Shown here: positions 1 through 14,302 of the stretch, one piece after another
Position numbering within the stretch: the first letter of the stretch is position 1
Layout of the letters: each line of letters begins with the position of its first letter
Source of the DNA: the human T2T-CHM13v2.0 reference genome, Homo sapiens
Length of the DNA stretch: 64,000 nt
Strand: one strand, 5' to 3'
Assembly: GCF_009914755.1 (NCBI RefSeq)
Contig: NC_060935.1
The notes under the pieces: generated by a model
What the model saw: only the letters and a program-made list of their open reading frames with translations
Databases searched by the model: none
What the model was told of the DNA's origin: nothing
Program-made: the position numbers and the translations under genes

Positions 1-943
1 TGCCCACCCAAATGAGACAAACCAGGCCCTTCTTACAGCTGTACCTTCTCATGTATAGATCAGCTTCACTCAAAAAAAAATGTTGAGCTAGGATTATGTG
101 TTTAAGGAATATTATCACAAAGAAAAACACCATTGTGAGTAAAGTCACTGAAGCTTTCTGTTTCATATCTTCCAATGAAAGCAGGGATTTAAACTTTCTG
201 AGTCTAGCCCTCTCGTCTCCCTTGCTGGCCAGTTTCACACTGAAAGGAGATGCTTTCCTTGGCCTTTCAAACGCTTTCCTTGGCCCTCTGAGCGCCAGCA
301 GAGGGTGCACGTGGCTCTTGTTGAAGCCCTTCATTCCTGAATTTGACCATTTACACATGAAGGAATTTAAATTGAGTTAAACCTTCCCAAACAAGACGCT
401 TCTCTGCAGTGTCTCCTTTTTCACAGTCTACTTATGAGGCTGCTAGGAAAAGAGAAAGAGGAATTCAGCATATTTTTCTTTAACAAAAAATATGGATAAT
501 TATTTTTATGGATACACACATTTAAAAATTTCCCTTTTAGGTCTATACACAAAATGCAAATTTTAATAAACTGTAGAGAGGATCTTGGCCAGAATAGCAT
601 GAGAAATGATAACTATTAGATTATGCAGTTAACTCACCATCACCTTCTATTTGCTGTTTATTCAAAGAAGAGAAAGAAGGTTTTTGTGCTTTTTCAAACC
701 CTAGTTTTTTAATATTTAGAAAATGAAGAAGTCTTTCTATGGCTGTGGTTGCCGGCCAAACCTCTATGCTTATCACTTTAATTTGTACTTTAATAGTGTC
801 TGATGAATTCAGGGGAAGGGTTGAGGTTGAATTTCAAACTCTCAACAACTAATTGTGAGTTATTATTGCCTTTGTTTGGACTTCAATATTGAAAGCCAGG
901 AAGTAGTTTCTTTCCTGGTAGGTTATTGTCTCTCTTCCTTTCA

Positions 944-1351
<408 letters not shown>

Positions 1352-1559
1352 TCACTTTGAAGCCTTCCACCTAAGCGACTGGTATTTTTCTTAAGAGCAG
1401 GTATGTAAACACTTCATTTGCATGAGGAGGAGAAAGAGGTTTCTAGAAAGGGGAGGGTAAGCAGTTAGTTTATTGCTCCTTTACCTCTCAAGGGTCCATT
1501 TCTGGCCCCTTCTCACTGCTGTCTAATATTTGTTAAATGCTATAGAAATCCCAGTCGTT

Positions 1560-1696
1560 GGTCAGGCACAGTGGCTCAGCACTTTGGGAAGCCATGGCAG
1601 GAGGATCACTTGAATCCAGGAGTTCGAGACCAGCCTGGGCAACAGAGCAAGAACCCGTCTCTACAAAAATATTAAAAAAAAAAAAAAAGAAAGAAA
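1560..1696 (+). mobile_element. Alu monomer (FLAM/AluJ left arm)
   Basis: GGAGGATCACTTGAATCCAGGAGTTCGAGACCAGCCTGGGCAAC followed by an A-tail; single arm only. Confidence 0.9.
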
Positions 1697-2757
1697 CCTC
1701 ATTTGTTTAATATGACCTTTGCCCTTGCAGAATTTATAATCTTGCTTGTGAGTTAACATTTACAAAATTACCAATCAAATCCTTTTATTTTAGAGGTGAA
1801 GATATGGAGACTCTAAGGGGGCAAGGAGCTTTGCCTTTCTGTGCCTTAGTCTACTGTAAATTGAAAAGTTGAATTACATATCTGTGAAGTCCAGTGTTTT
1901 ATGATTTATGAATTAGAGAACAATGCTTGTTAAAATAGAGTTCTAACTAAAGGACCACTTGGGTTAATCCCATCCTTTAAGATTCAAGTGAAATTGGCTC
2001 AAACCCCGTCCTTCATACAGCCCATAATTTCCTCTCGTCTTGCAGGGAACTGTCGGGGGCAGTGACTTGTATTTCTCCTGGTGACCCCTGGAGTGGACCT
2101 TCCACTCGGTCTGTGTTCCAGTGTGTGAATCACTCACTCCTAGCATGGGCTGATTCTTCTCTGCAGCACATGACCCCTAACCAGACCCATCCTGATCCCT
2201 TCATTTGCTAAAATTCCCCTGGCCCTCAAATATATAAGTAGCAGCCTTTGCTAAAGCCTCAAGACAACAGAAGGGGTTCATGCTTAGGACCCTATCAACT
2301 TAAAATACTTGGCATCCTTGCTGTTAATCTCATGGGGAATTTCTCAGTGACTCAACTTCTTCAGTTGACCCTGGCCATGTTGCTCTGGCATCTGTCCTCC
2401 CTTCTCTGGTCCCCAGCCCACTCCTCTTGGGCTGTTTGCCTCCCCTCCTGAATTCCTGTACTGATCTCTTATTTCACTTGCTTCTTCAAGTCGAGACCAC
2501 ACCCCTGGGGCTTCACTTCCTTGAAGCCTTCAAGGTGTTTTCTTTGAAAGGAACTTAAGTGCCCGTATTTAAAATTAGAAAGTTCTCCCCCTTTACCTAA
2601 TCAAGGGCTCGGGCTCTGAGCTTGCTAGCCTCCAAGGCAAAGAGGAGAAGTATCGGTTACGAGCTTCACTGTTCATCAGTGCAAAACAATGCTGTTCAAT
2701 GCAAGCACGACTTTCCCCTGAAAACTCACTCACAGTTCATGATGATAGGGGCATAGT

Positions 2758-3508
2758 GTGTGTATCACTCTCTCCTACCTGCCTCTACTGTGCTGTACCT
2801 GGCTTCGCTCAGTTACTGATTGTAACTTCATGTTTCCCAAGTCTGAATCCTTTAGAAGAGCATTATGAAATCCTGTATGCAAAAAGCATTTATTGAGTGC
2901 CAGAAATGAGTCCGACTGTTATATAGAGAGGAACCCAAGAGAGATGTGGTCCCTGACTTCCTGGAGCCCACAGTTAAGATGGGCCCAGATAAGCTCTAAT
3001 ATGGAATGCCACGTAGATGCAAAAACACAGGAGAGTCGAGTCTAGTCATGAAAGGTTGGCAAAGGTGTCCTGGAGGAGGCGGTGTCTAAAATGAATAAGA
3101 TTTATCTGAGAAAAAGGGAAGAAAGCAAGTTCTAGACAGAGAGAAGAGCATGTACGGGAATGCCCAGCGGTGAGAGGGATGGTACACAGGATTGGTGACC
3201 CTCATAGATGCTGCGGTGCTACACCTGGGCCCCCTTCTCCAGGTCAGCACACCCAGCCCCCAGCTGCTCCAAGTGGAGTGTTGCTGCTCACAGCTCACAG
3301 CTCACAGCTGCTCCTTCTCAGGAGAACTGCTCTTAGCTAATCAGAGCCACCTCCTCAATAAATGTACTCAATACATGTTTTTTTGCATGCAGGATTTCAC
3401 AGTGCTCTTCTAAAGGATTTAAACTTGAAAAACATCAAGTAACAGTCAGTAATTGAGCAAAGCCAAGTACAGCAGAGTAGAGGCAGGTAGGTGAGAGTGA
3501 TAGACACA
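2758..3508. repeat. ~140-bp inverted duplication (arms 2758-2898 and 3366-3508)
   Basis: TATCACTCTCTCCTACCTGCCTCTACTGTGCTGTACC...AATCCTTTAGAAGAGCA...TATTGAGT recurs as its reverse complement; ORF-track peptides SLSPTCLYCAVPGFAQLL (+) and SLSPTCLYSAVLGFAQLL (-) show the same match. Confidence 0.95.
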
Positions 3509-3834
3509 GTAAGTTACAGGCACCGTCCCCTCCCTCACCCATAGCCATGACTGACTGATAGGGGGATTCAAAAGCCTTGTCCCCCTCCTGCACTGGGGGA
3601 CATTCATCAATGCAGTTTCTGTTTCTGCACCTCTTCCCTTGTGGATCGGGCCAAGATTGGACTTTTCCTGAGACCACATCCCTGATTGGCTCCTTCTCCC
3701 TCTCTAACCAGTTCTCCCTAAAGAGCACTCCCTCAATGAATTACATGTTCCCAAATCCCTATCTTGGACTCTGGAGGAGCTGTGAGCTGTGAGCTGTGAG
3801 TAGCAACACTCCACTTGGAACCCTGGCTGAGACA
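3201..3834 (+). mobile_element. ERVL solo LTR, LTR16-like, carrying two templated insertions
   Basis: GATGCTGCGGTGC...CCCCCAGCTGC...GAGTGTTGCTGC...GAGCACTCCCTCAAT...GAGACA resembles the recalled LTR16 consensus. Confidence 0.65.
3268..3819. repeat. ~45-bp inverted repeat (arms 3268-3314 and 3773-3819) containing (CTCACAG)3
   Basis: TCCAAGTGGAGTGTTGCTGCTCACAGCTCACAGCTCACAGCT versus AGCTGTGAGCTGTGAGCTGTGAGTAGCAACACTCCACTTGGA: 1 mismatch in 42 bp. Confidence 0.95.
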
Positions 3835-4175
3835 ATGACAAAGGAAAAAAGTTGAGATTGAAGTTTGGACCCATGCACTAGGTCCAAATTTGAGCCCCAA
3901 CCATGAACAGGTTAAGGCTTTACTAACTTAAATTACGACCATTTTCAGTGAAAATTCTTACGTGATGCATCCATTTAAATTGGATTATTAGGAATACAGT
4001 AAATTAAACTTAACTCTGACTTACTCCAGCCTCCTAAATTGTAAATAAGGACTCCAAGGCCCAATAAATCATGACATTCAGGTAAAACCTCAGTCTCTTT
4101 ACAAAGAGGGAATAGTAATCCATGTTCTCTCTGCTTTATCAGTGTACAGCTAGCATAAAACGTTCCCCAAGAGAC

Positions 4176-4316
4176 GACTGGGCACGGTGCCACATGCCTG
4201 TAGTCCCAGAAGTTTGGGAGGCTGAAGCAGGAGGATCGCTTGAGCCCAAGAGTTTGAAACCAGCCCAGGCTGTTAACAGGGTGCGACCCCATCTCTAAGA
4301 AAAAGAGAGAGAGAGA
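4176..4316 (+). mobile_element. Alu monomer (FLAM-like)
   Basis: GGAGGATCGCTTGAGCCCAAGAGTTTGAAACCAGCC; A/GA-rich tail. Confidence 0.88.
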
Positions 4317-5221
4317 GGACCTAATGTTCTTTGACCTTCTGGGATATGAGGACAGAAATGCCCTGAATCACAACTTCCAAAATTCCAAATTCTGGAAATG
4401 CAAACTCCTCATACCAAGTAAAAATAGTCCACTCTCTGGTGCTGATTCACTCTCTTATGAGTCTGACTTGCATAAGTGAGTAACCAGACCAGCCACAGAT
4501 GTAATAAAAAGTCATGTTTCTTAACCTACAAGACCAGACGCTGAAATAAGACACTGATGTTTTCTGAGACTTAACCTGCACTAGTCAAATGTTTTCATCC
4601 CTCTCTTTAATTTCCTAGAGATCAGGGTAAATGACCTCCCATAGCGGGGCATGATGGGAGCTGGAACTTGAAGGGTGACTAGAAATAACTCCAGTAAGAC
4701 CCACTGGGAGGCAAAGAAGCAGAACGCCTCCCCACAAATGCAAGGTGCTTTTTAGTTCCTTGCTCCCAGGCAGTAAGTATAATCCATGAATTAAAGATAA
4801 TTAGTGTCCTTTTAGAAAATGCAACTGTAATTGTAGACATTTAAGTGTACTTTGTGCATTTGAGAAGAATTGATTGTTTCACAGTTCAAAAAAGACCCTG
4901 CTGGCTGGAGGGCAAACTCAGCACCCTTAGCAACTTTATAATCATTAGAAGAGTGGGGCTCGAGGAAACCTGGATCTCAGGGAACAGTACAGTCCCCATA
5001 GTGGAGAATGGAACATTTAACCTTTAACATAATGGAAAACCCCACTAATTCCTAGGCTAGGGGAGCTAAATTCCCAATTCTCCCGAGGTGAACTTGTTTG
5101 TTTCCCTCTGTTTGGGCTCAGAGGCACCTACTAAGTGTCAGGCACTAAGTACTAGGGAGAGAAACAGTAAATTGGACACACGTGGTTCCTGCCCTTTCCA
5201 AGTTTATGGTCGATTGCCAAG

Positions 5222-5621
5222 TGCTAGGGACTGTTTGTGTCCCTCCAAATTCATATATATTCATAAATTCATAACCCTATTACCTCCCAAAGTCTCCCCT
5301 TCTAGTCCCCAGTGTGATGGTATTAGGGGGTGGGGACTTTGGGAGGTAACTGGGTTATGAAGGTGGGGCCCACATAAATGCGATTAGTGCTCTTACAGAA
5401 GGAGACACAGGAGCTTGCTCTTGTGCTCAGCTCTGTGCCATGTGAGGACATATGGGGAAGAGGGTCATCTGCAAACCAGGAAGAGGACTTTCGACAGGCA
5501 CCAGATCTGCTGGGACCTTGATCTCAGACTTCCCAGGCTCCAGAACTCTAAGAAATAACTCTGTGGTTTAAACCACACAGTCTATGGTGTTATATTAGAG
5601 CAGCTGGAACTGACTACCACA
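5222..5621 (+). mobile_element. MaLR solo LTR (MLT1A/MST-like)
   Basis: TG...CA ends; GTGTCCCTCCAAATTCATAT, GCCATGTGAGGACA, ACCTTGATCTCAGACTTCC, TTTAAACCACACAGTCTATGG motifs. Confidence 0.85.
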
Positions 5622-6127
5622 GCAAAGATGGACAATAAAATCAAGCAAAACAATTCAGTATGAAAAGGGTCATATAGAAACACATGTAGGTATGATTTCC
5701 TGGAGAAAGCGAGTTTCAAGCTGAGAACTAGAGGATGAAGAATTAGCAAGGTGCATGTTGCAGGTAAGGGTTGGGAGAGGGGGATCTATATTCCAGACAA
5801 AATGCAACAAAGACTTGGGGACAAGAGAGAGCATGGCTCATTTGAAGACACGAAGGAAGTTCCATGTGGCTGGTCTACAGAGGCTAGTGAGGAGATGACT
5901 GGCTACAGGTGGACTAAAGAGAGAAACAAAAGCTGAGTGAGAAAGACTGAAGCTGTTTGTACTTAATTCCAAGCACAATGAAAGGCGCTTGAAGGTGGTT
6001 AAGGAGAGATGTAACAAATTCTGGCCTTGAGAAACAGAGACCTCTATTGTCCTTCAATAGTTTCAGGGAGGGAACACATAGCTTCTTTGGGTTGCTTATT
6101 CTAACGGTTAACTGAAAGAAAATGTTT

Positions 6128-7381
<1,254 letters not shown>

Positions 7382-7397
7382 CTGAAAGAAAATGTTT

Positions 7398-7588
7398 AAC
7401 ATGGACACAGAAAGGGGAGCAACACACACCAGGGCCTGTTGGGGGGTGGGAGGGTGTGGGGAGGGAACTTAGAGGATGGGTCAATAGGTGCAGCAAACCA
7501 CCATGGCACACGTATATATACCTATGTAACAAACCTCCACGTTCTGCGCATGTATGCTCATTTTTTTTTTAGAAGAAATAAAGAAAAA
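7398..7588 (+). mobile_element. Short L1PA 3' end fragment
   Basis: ACATGGACACAG...CAATAGGTGCAGCAAACCACCATGGCACACG...ACCTATGTAACAAACCT; TSD AAAGAAAATGTTTA. Confidence 0.93.
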
Positions 7589-8232
7589 AAAGAAAATGTT
7601 TAGTTTTACCTAAGCCTTTTGCTTCCTGGCCACATTTGCTCATTCCATACTCCTGCCTGTAAGCCTTTGGTGACTCTCCGTGGCACATGGGATCAAGTTC
7701 AGACCCCTTAGCATGGCATCCAGGGCCTGTCTCAATGGCCCCACCTACTTCTGCCCCTCACTCTCAGCCCTCATTCATACATGCCTGACACTTAGAATGT
7801 GTTCAGTAAATACTTGTTAAATGAAAGAACCATGGGCTGTCTTTGGGCATCTATCTCAGTGGTTGACAAATGTGCCCCCCAGGCCTTCGGGCTTTGCACA
7901 TGTCACCCCCGTCCTGGATCCACCAGGAAGGTAAACGGTCAAAACCATTGTATGGGAGGAAGGATTTTCTGTTTACAGATGAAACAAGTAAGGTGTGTAC
8001 TTAGCCTTGGCAAATGAATTTTTCTACTTGGACCTAACTGCCTGAGGCAGTGGCAGAGGCACTGCAGGGCCTTGGTGGAGGCTCCCCAGCAGCAGAGGGA
8101 CAAGGCTGGCACCCGGAGGGGACCCAGCCCTAGCCTTGGGGTCCTTTGCCAAGTCAATTCAGAAGTCCCTCTGCTGAGAAGTCCCTGCCTCTGGCAGAGC
8201 TGATAGACCCTCGTGTGGGTTCTTTCCATGTA

Positions 8233-8875
8233 TAATTGTTTCTTGTTATTGTGGTCATTACATTCTATAAAATAATCACAATACTGAATTAGTAAATATG
8301 GATCCGCTGCTCCTAGGAAAATTGCAGGGTCAGTTTCCTGCCAGCTTCTGGTTACATTTTCATCAACTGACCAATGCATAACTTTGTTTTCTGTTTTAAA
8401 AACACCTTATTTACTATATATTGTTATTCATTGATTTTGAACTCTTGGCCAACAGCATTATGACTTACCCTGCATGACGCTTGTCTAACACGCATATTTT
8501 CCCTCTAAGGCACATCACAGCCATCTTGTGCTTAGGAACAGAAGACAGCACTTCACTATGCTTTGGGGTCATTTTAAACAGTGAAACAACCAATCAAAAG
8601 CACAAAAATTAAAAACAAACAAACAAAAAAACATGGCACCAAACAGACCATGAAAGGGACATTTGTTTATAGTATGAGAACTGAAACAGAAAGACAGAGC
8701 ATTGCCTTGTTCGACCTCAGCTGAGAATATGCGTGCTGGGCAACTCAGATGTTTCACCACTCCACATGCCCATAGGTGACCACAACCGTGATGCAAGTGT
8801 CGATTTGGAGGTTACAAATTTTAGTAAGCAGGCAGATCAGCAAATCCAGAGTCCATGAATAATGAAAATTGACTG
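8233..8875. mobile_element. Non-autonomous TcMar-Tigger DNA transposon (MER82-like)
   Basis: TA flanks at 8231 and 8876, degenerate terminal inverted repeats (..ATGAATAATGAAAATTGACTG), ~645 bp, internal ACTGAATTAG...GCTCCTAGG...CAGGGT like the recalled MER82 consensus. Confidence 0.75.
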
Positions 8876-9039
8876 TATTTCTATTATAACATTTATTACC
8901 CTGAATGACAGTTGGTAATTTATGTCTTCTTCCACCAGAGTCTGGTGACTACAGTGTGGGGTCCTTGAGGAGTTGGCATACAACAAGAAATAATGCCAAC
9001 AGCAGATGAACATGGAGATCTTACCATGCAGTTTTCCAC

Positions 9040-9235
9040 ATGCAATTTTCTCATTCAGTGCTCACAAGAATTCTCTGAATTATGTGCTGTTATTATTACT
9101 CCTGCTTTATGGATGGAGAAACCAAGGCTTAGCAGTGATATCATGAAACTTGCCTATAGTAACATAGCTAGTAGTGGTAGCAAGATTTTCACATAGCCTA
9201 GAAGTCCACATGCTTAATTGCTGTGTTATTCTGCC
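9040..9235. mobile_element. MIR relic
   Basis: TTATTATTACTCCTGCTTTATGGATGGAGAAACCAAGGCTTAG...AACTTGCCTA: MIR core. Confidence 0.65.
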
Positions 9236-11037
9236 TGTGGATTTAAGCCCTTTTGGAGAAATGTTTAGAAAAAAAAACCACAAGACCTCAGCATAATGGA
9301 CCAATCAACCACTGAGAGTGACAATTGGCCCAACTGGTGAGAGAGGAAGGAGGAGTGGCTTCTAGGAGGAGGCAGAGTTGATGGCAAGACCTCTTATGCA
9401 TATCCCCTAGAGGACTGAATTTCCTCATTAGTTTGAAAAGGCGAATGGTCAAAGCGATTGTGAGGAAGGAGGGATTTTCTGTTTGTGGGTAAAACAAGGA
9501 AGGTTGGTACTTGGGCTTGGCAAGTGAATTGTCCAAATTGGACCTACGTGCAGGGCATGGCAGAGGCACTGCAGAGCCTTGGCAGAGGCTCCCCAGCAGT
9601 AGAGTGACAAGGCTGGGACCCAGGGAGGACCCAGACTTGGCTTTGGGGTGTGAGAGCCTTTCAGGTAGCAGCCTGGTATCTGGTGATGTCAGGAAGAGTA
9701 CCATTGTGCCTCAACCACCCAGGATCTAGAAGGTCCTGTGTAGCATGAGAGAATTCTCTATAGGGAATACACCTCAATCATCATTCCTCACATTCTTTGA
9801 GGTCAATGTTGGGTACTTGGAAAAGGCCAAAGCTCTAGCCATTGAGTTTTCTACCATTATCCTGCTGACAGTGTGCCCGGGCTGCTCAACCTGGAGGAAA
9901 TGGCTGTGTGCTCAGGGAATGAATGTGCATAAAAAGAAATATCACCTTAGGTACAAGGACATCCATAATTCCTCCGACCAGAGAGCTCCTTCCCGCTCCT
10001 AGGGAACTGAGAATCAAAGCCCTCTTTGTGGCCTAGATATTTTGATTCTGAACAAAACTGCACTTGGTTCTCAAAAAACACTGTCGCCATTCACATCTTG
10101 AGCTGCTTACAATCCTCACCTGAGTCCTTCAAATGGTCACAGGAGATTAGGGGAGCCAGCTTAGAATGTCTGTGGCTGGAAGGAGACTCTAGAATGTCTC
10201 CAGTGAGAGCCATTTCCATACTTCAGAGCAACTTGTCAGATCTTTCCAGAAACAGAAAGGCCAACATCTCTGGAGAAGGTACGACTGCTGCCTATATACA
10301 AATTCTCTTTCTGCCAGAGGGAATGCTTGCCATTTGTCTCAATCCCCCCATGCAAGATGAATAAAGAACCAGCTCTGCACACTTTTCCCTCCTGGCCTAC
10401 CTGCCTGGCATTGCTCCGATTATTTCATCTGAAAAACCAACCTCCTTCCCCACCCTCAGAACTTCTAAAGTAACTTACCCTCCCCAAGGGCCATTCCTCC
10501 ACTCCCTCCATGTTCCAAGGATGCAGCTAAGGAGAATTACAGTCTTAGTACAGCCCAGCACGGCTGGTAACATTTTCACCATTTAACAAATTCTCCCTTG
10601 ACCACGATTTATATCATGCAGGTGTCATCTAATTTCTCCAAGGCCTTGTGGCCATTTGTACAACAAGAATGGATCTGATCAAAATGATGAAGTGGCTGAA
10701 ATTTGTCTCCATTAACCCCACACCACCCAGTGCTCTTCCTTCTTTAGGTACTGACTGCTTGTGAGCGGCTGCAGGCTGCTCATTCTCCTTCCTCACGCAG
10801 CAATAGGCTTCTTTTCCAATCATGGAGACTGTGTGCCTGGGACTTTCACTATTAGGAAACAGTGTATGAATATGTAACCCAAGTAAAACTAGGCTCTCTT
10901 GTGGCCAATATTACTTTCAAATGAAATAAAAATCTGAATCCAAAAGCATTGAAAGGTAACACTGGTTTTTTCTGAGGTGTCATGAGGCAGTAATGTGTCA
11001 TGTTGTACAACTCAGAGAAAGATTTCCTAAGCATTCA

Positions 11038-11289
<252 letters not shown>

Positions 11290-11671
11290 CTACACCTAAC
11301 CCCTTTTCCTGCCTCTTAGATATTCTTCCCACCATAGCCCTATACTCTGTCCCATTTTTTGGCTCATTTCTCTCCATTTTTCTTTTTCAGTTTTGCATTT
11401 TATGCATTTTTCTACTTGTCTCAATAAAAGCCTGGTCATAGAGCAATAGCAAGAGAAGTTCTGAGCTGGTAAGGAAGGCAGGATGTCATGAATAAGAGAA
11501 ATGAATCACAGCAATGGTGCTACCTGGCTAAGATGCTTCTTCTCTTGTGTGTGTACTTAGGAGAGGTATGCAAAATGCTTTGTCCAAGTCAAAATCCAGG
11601 GATCCTTAGAGCTGTGCTGGTATTTCTGATAGGTGAGTGGGACAGAGATTTGTTTTTAGAAAAACCTTTTT

Positions 11672-12035
11672 CAGGAATGAATTAATGGCATTTGCAGCAA
11701 CCTGGATGGGATTGGAGGCTATTATTCTAAGTCAAGTAACTCAGGAATGGAAAACCAAACATCACATGTTCTCACTCATAAGTGGGAGCTAAGCTATGAG
11801 GATGCAAAGACATTAAAATGATACAGTGGACTTAAGGGACTCAGGGCAAAAGGGTGGGAAGGGGGTGAGGGATAAAAGACCTGAAACTGGGTTCAGTGTA
11901 TACTGCTTGGGTGATGCGTGCACCAAATTCTCACAAATCACCCCTAAAGAACTTATTCATGTAACCAAATACCACTTGTTCCCCCCAAAAACTATGGAAA
12001 TAGAAAATTTAGAAACAAAAACAAAAATAAAAATA
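11672..12035 (+). mobile_element. L1 3' end (L1PB-like)
   Basis: GGCATTTGCAGCAACCTGGATGG...ATGTTCTCACTCATAAGTGGGAGCTAAGCTATGAGG...GTAACCAAATACCAC; A-rich tail. Confidence 0.92.
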
Positions 12036-12044
12036 TTTTCCTGT

Positions 12045-12394
<350 letters not shown>

Positions 12395-13959
12395 CTAAGG
12401 TTTCAAGCTATTTTTCAAATTTGTCAGTTCAGAATTTGTCCCTTGCCTACTATTCTAGTATTACCTCCAGTTACTTGCTCACGTGTTTCCTTCACTCCTT
12501 CACTCTAACCCTAATTGATTATCTTTTTGACTGTATTATGTCATTTTATGTCATAATGCCCTCAATCTCTCCTTTCTCTATATTATGCTCTCCATACTAA
12601 TTGCCAGTGACTTTCTGATTTCCCACTAGATTATAAACTCTAAGTTTCTAAGAAGACACATGATGCATAGTGAGTTCTTAAAAATATATTTTGTATGAAT
12701 GAATGAATGAATGGTTATAAAAAATTACAATGTATTTCTAAATTTTGGTCAATTTGTTTGTTAGAATAATTTTGGTGAAATTTTACTACTTCAAGTAAAC
12801 CAGATTACTGAATGACTTCAAAAAAAAATCTAGGGATTTATGTCTTTTTTTATTTCTGGAAGTTTCTCAGTCCCTTATCCCTTATAGTATTTTCTCTCCC
12901 CATTTTAACTATCCTCTCTATCAGGAGCAACAATTATACATATGTTGGAGCTTCTCAGTTGATCTTCTATAACTTCATTTTCATTTTTCTATGTAGTTAT
13001 CTTGTTTTACATCATTCAAAGTTTATTTCTTGCCTATGCCACAGTTTGACGTAGACTGGGGGCTCTTTGGAAACATTTCCTCTCATGGCTCAGAGATTTA
13101 ACTTCCTTTCACCTTGTGATGCTACCATCATCAACCTGTGGTCTTCATGACCTCCAAAGAAGGAGATGATCACCCAGGATGTTTTGTGGCCAGAACTAAA
13201 AGCTATATGCATTACTTTCATCCATATTCCAATCACATGACCCCAATCTCATTACAAGGACATCCAGAAAATATGATTTTCTTATGTGCCCAAGAAGAGA
13301 AAATTGAATTGGTATTTACTCAGCTTCCATCAAATTTATTTAGTTTTCTTTTCCAATATGCTGATTTTCTTTTACCTTATCTTGCCTATTTAATTATATA
13401 TACTAAGTTTTTTACTCAATTTTGTAATTTCAATAATTTTTAGTTCAGTTTTTATATATGCCTTCATTAATGACTTATTGTCAGTTTATTGTAAGAATGC
13501 TATTCTACCCAGATATATGAACTAAACATTATTAGAAATAAATGGAGAGACAGACCCCTCATGCCAAAAAAGAATGCTATTTCTTTATCTCTTTGAGGAT
13601 TGTAAACAAACTTGTGTTAAACACCTTGGTACGTTCTCCATTATTTCTATTTCCTTAGGTGTGATTTATTCTATTTATTGGATTTGCCAATCAGCTCTCA
13701 TTATTATGTATGTCATTATGTGCTTTGTAATTTTTGTATGAAAACTGATCATGAATAGGAATTTTTTTCATGTTTTCCCCTTCCTGTTGCATGGTTTCAT
13801 TGTTACCTCAGTCTGGTTGTCTGAGATGTACAGTTTTGAACCAGATCTTCAAATAAGGATTTAGGCATTTTGCTCTATTATATAGCACCATTTTTGGATA
13901 TAATACTTATGCACAGCAAAGGTCCAATTCCTGTTTTTATATGAGAATCATTGCTTTCT

Positions 13960-14269
13960 GGCCAGGTATGGTGGGCTTACACCTGTAATTCCAGCACTTT
14001 GGGAGGCTGAGGCAGGGGGGTCACCTGAGGTCAGGAGTTTAAGACCAGCCTGGCCAACATGATTAAACCCCACCTCTACTAAAACTACAAAAAAAAAAAA
14101 AAAAAGAAAAGAAAGAAAGAAATTAGCTGGGTGTGGTGGCAGGCACCTGTAATCCCAGCTACTCAAGAGGCTGAGGCAGGAGAATTGTTTGAACCCGGGA
14201 GGCAGAGGTCACAGTGAGCCAGATCATGCCACTGCACTCCAGCCTGGGCAACAGAGTGAGACTCCATCT

Positions 14270-14300
<31 letters not shown>
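13960..14300 (+). mobile_element. Alu (AluS-like) with an expanded central A/GAAA tract
   Basis: Full dimer; TSD GAATCATTGCT(T/C)TCT. Confidence 0.97.

Positions 14301-14302
<2 letters not shown>

Larger units (their letters stand above)
7928..9649. repeat. ~215-bp diverged direct repeat (7928-8142 and 9438-9649)
   Basis: Shared GGATTTTCTGTTT...TTGGACCTA...TGGCAGAGGCACTGCAG(G/A)GCCTTGG..GAGGCTCCCCAGCAG.AGAG.GACAAGGCTGG.ACCC. Confidence 0.92.

Noticed and set aside
290-330. Promoter around the CACGTG E-box
   Set aside because: A single hexamer with no CpG island or other support
3287-3309. CRISPR-like or functional array from (CTCACAG)3 and other short repeats
   Set aside because: No spacers, eukaryotic context; simple slippage repeats
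2758-3508. DNA transposon with 140-bp terminal inverted repeats
   Set aside because: No TSD, and the right arm lies inside an LTR that continues beyond it
7939-9704. Duplicated coding exon (ORFs 7939-8379 and 9288-9704)
   Set aside because: The two ORFs read the repeat in different frames and the peptides are unrelated
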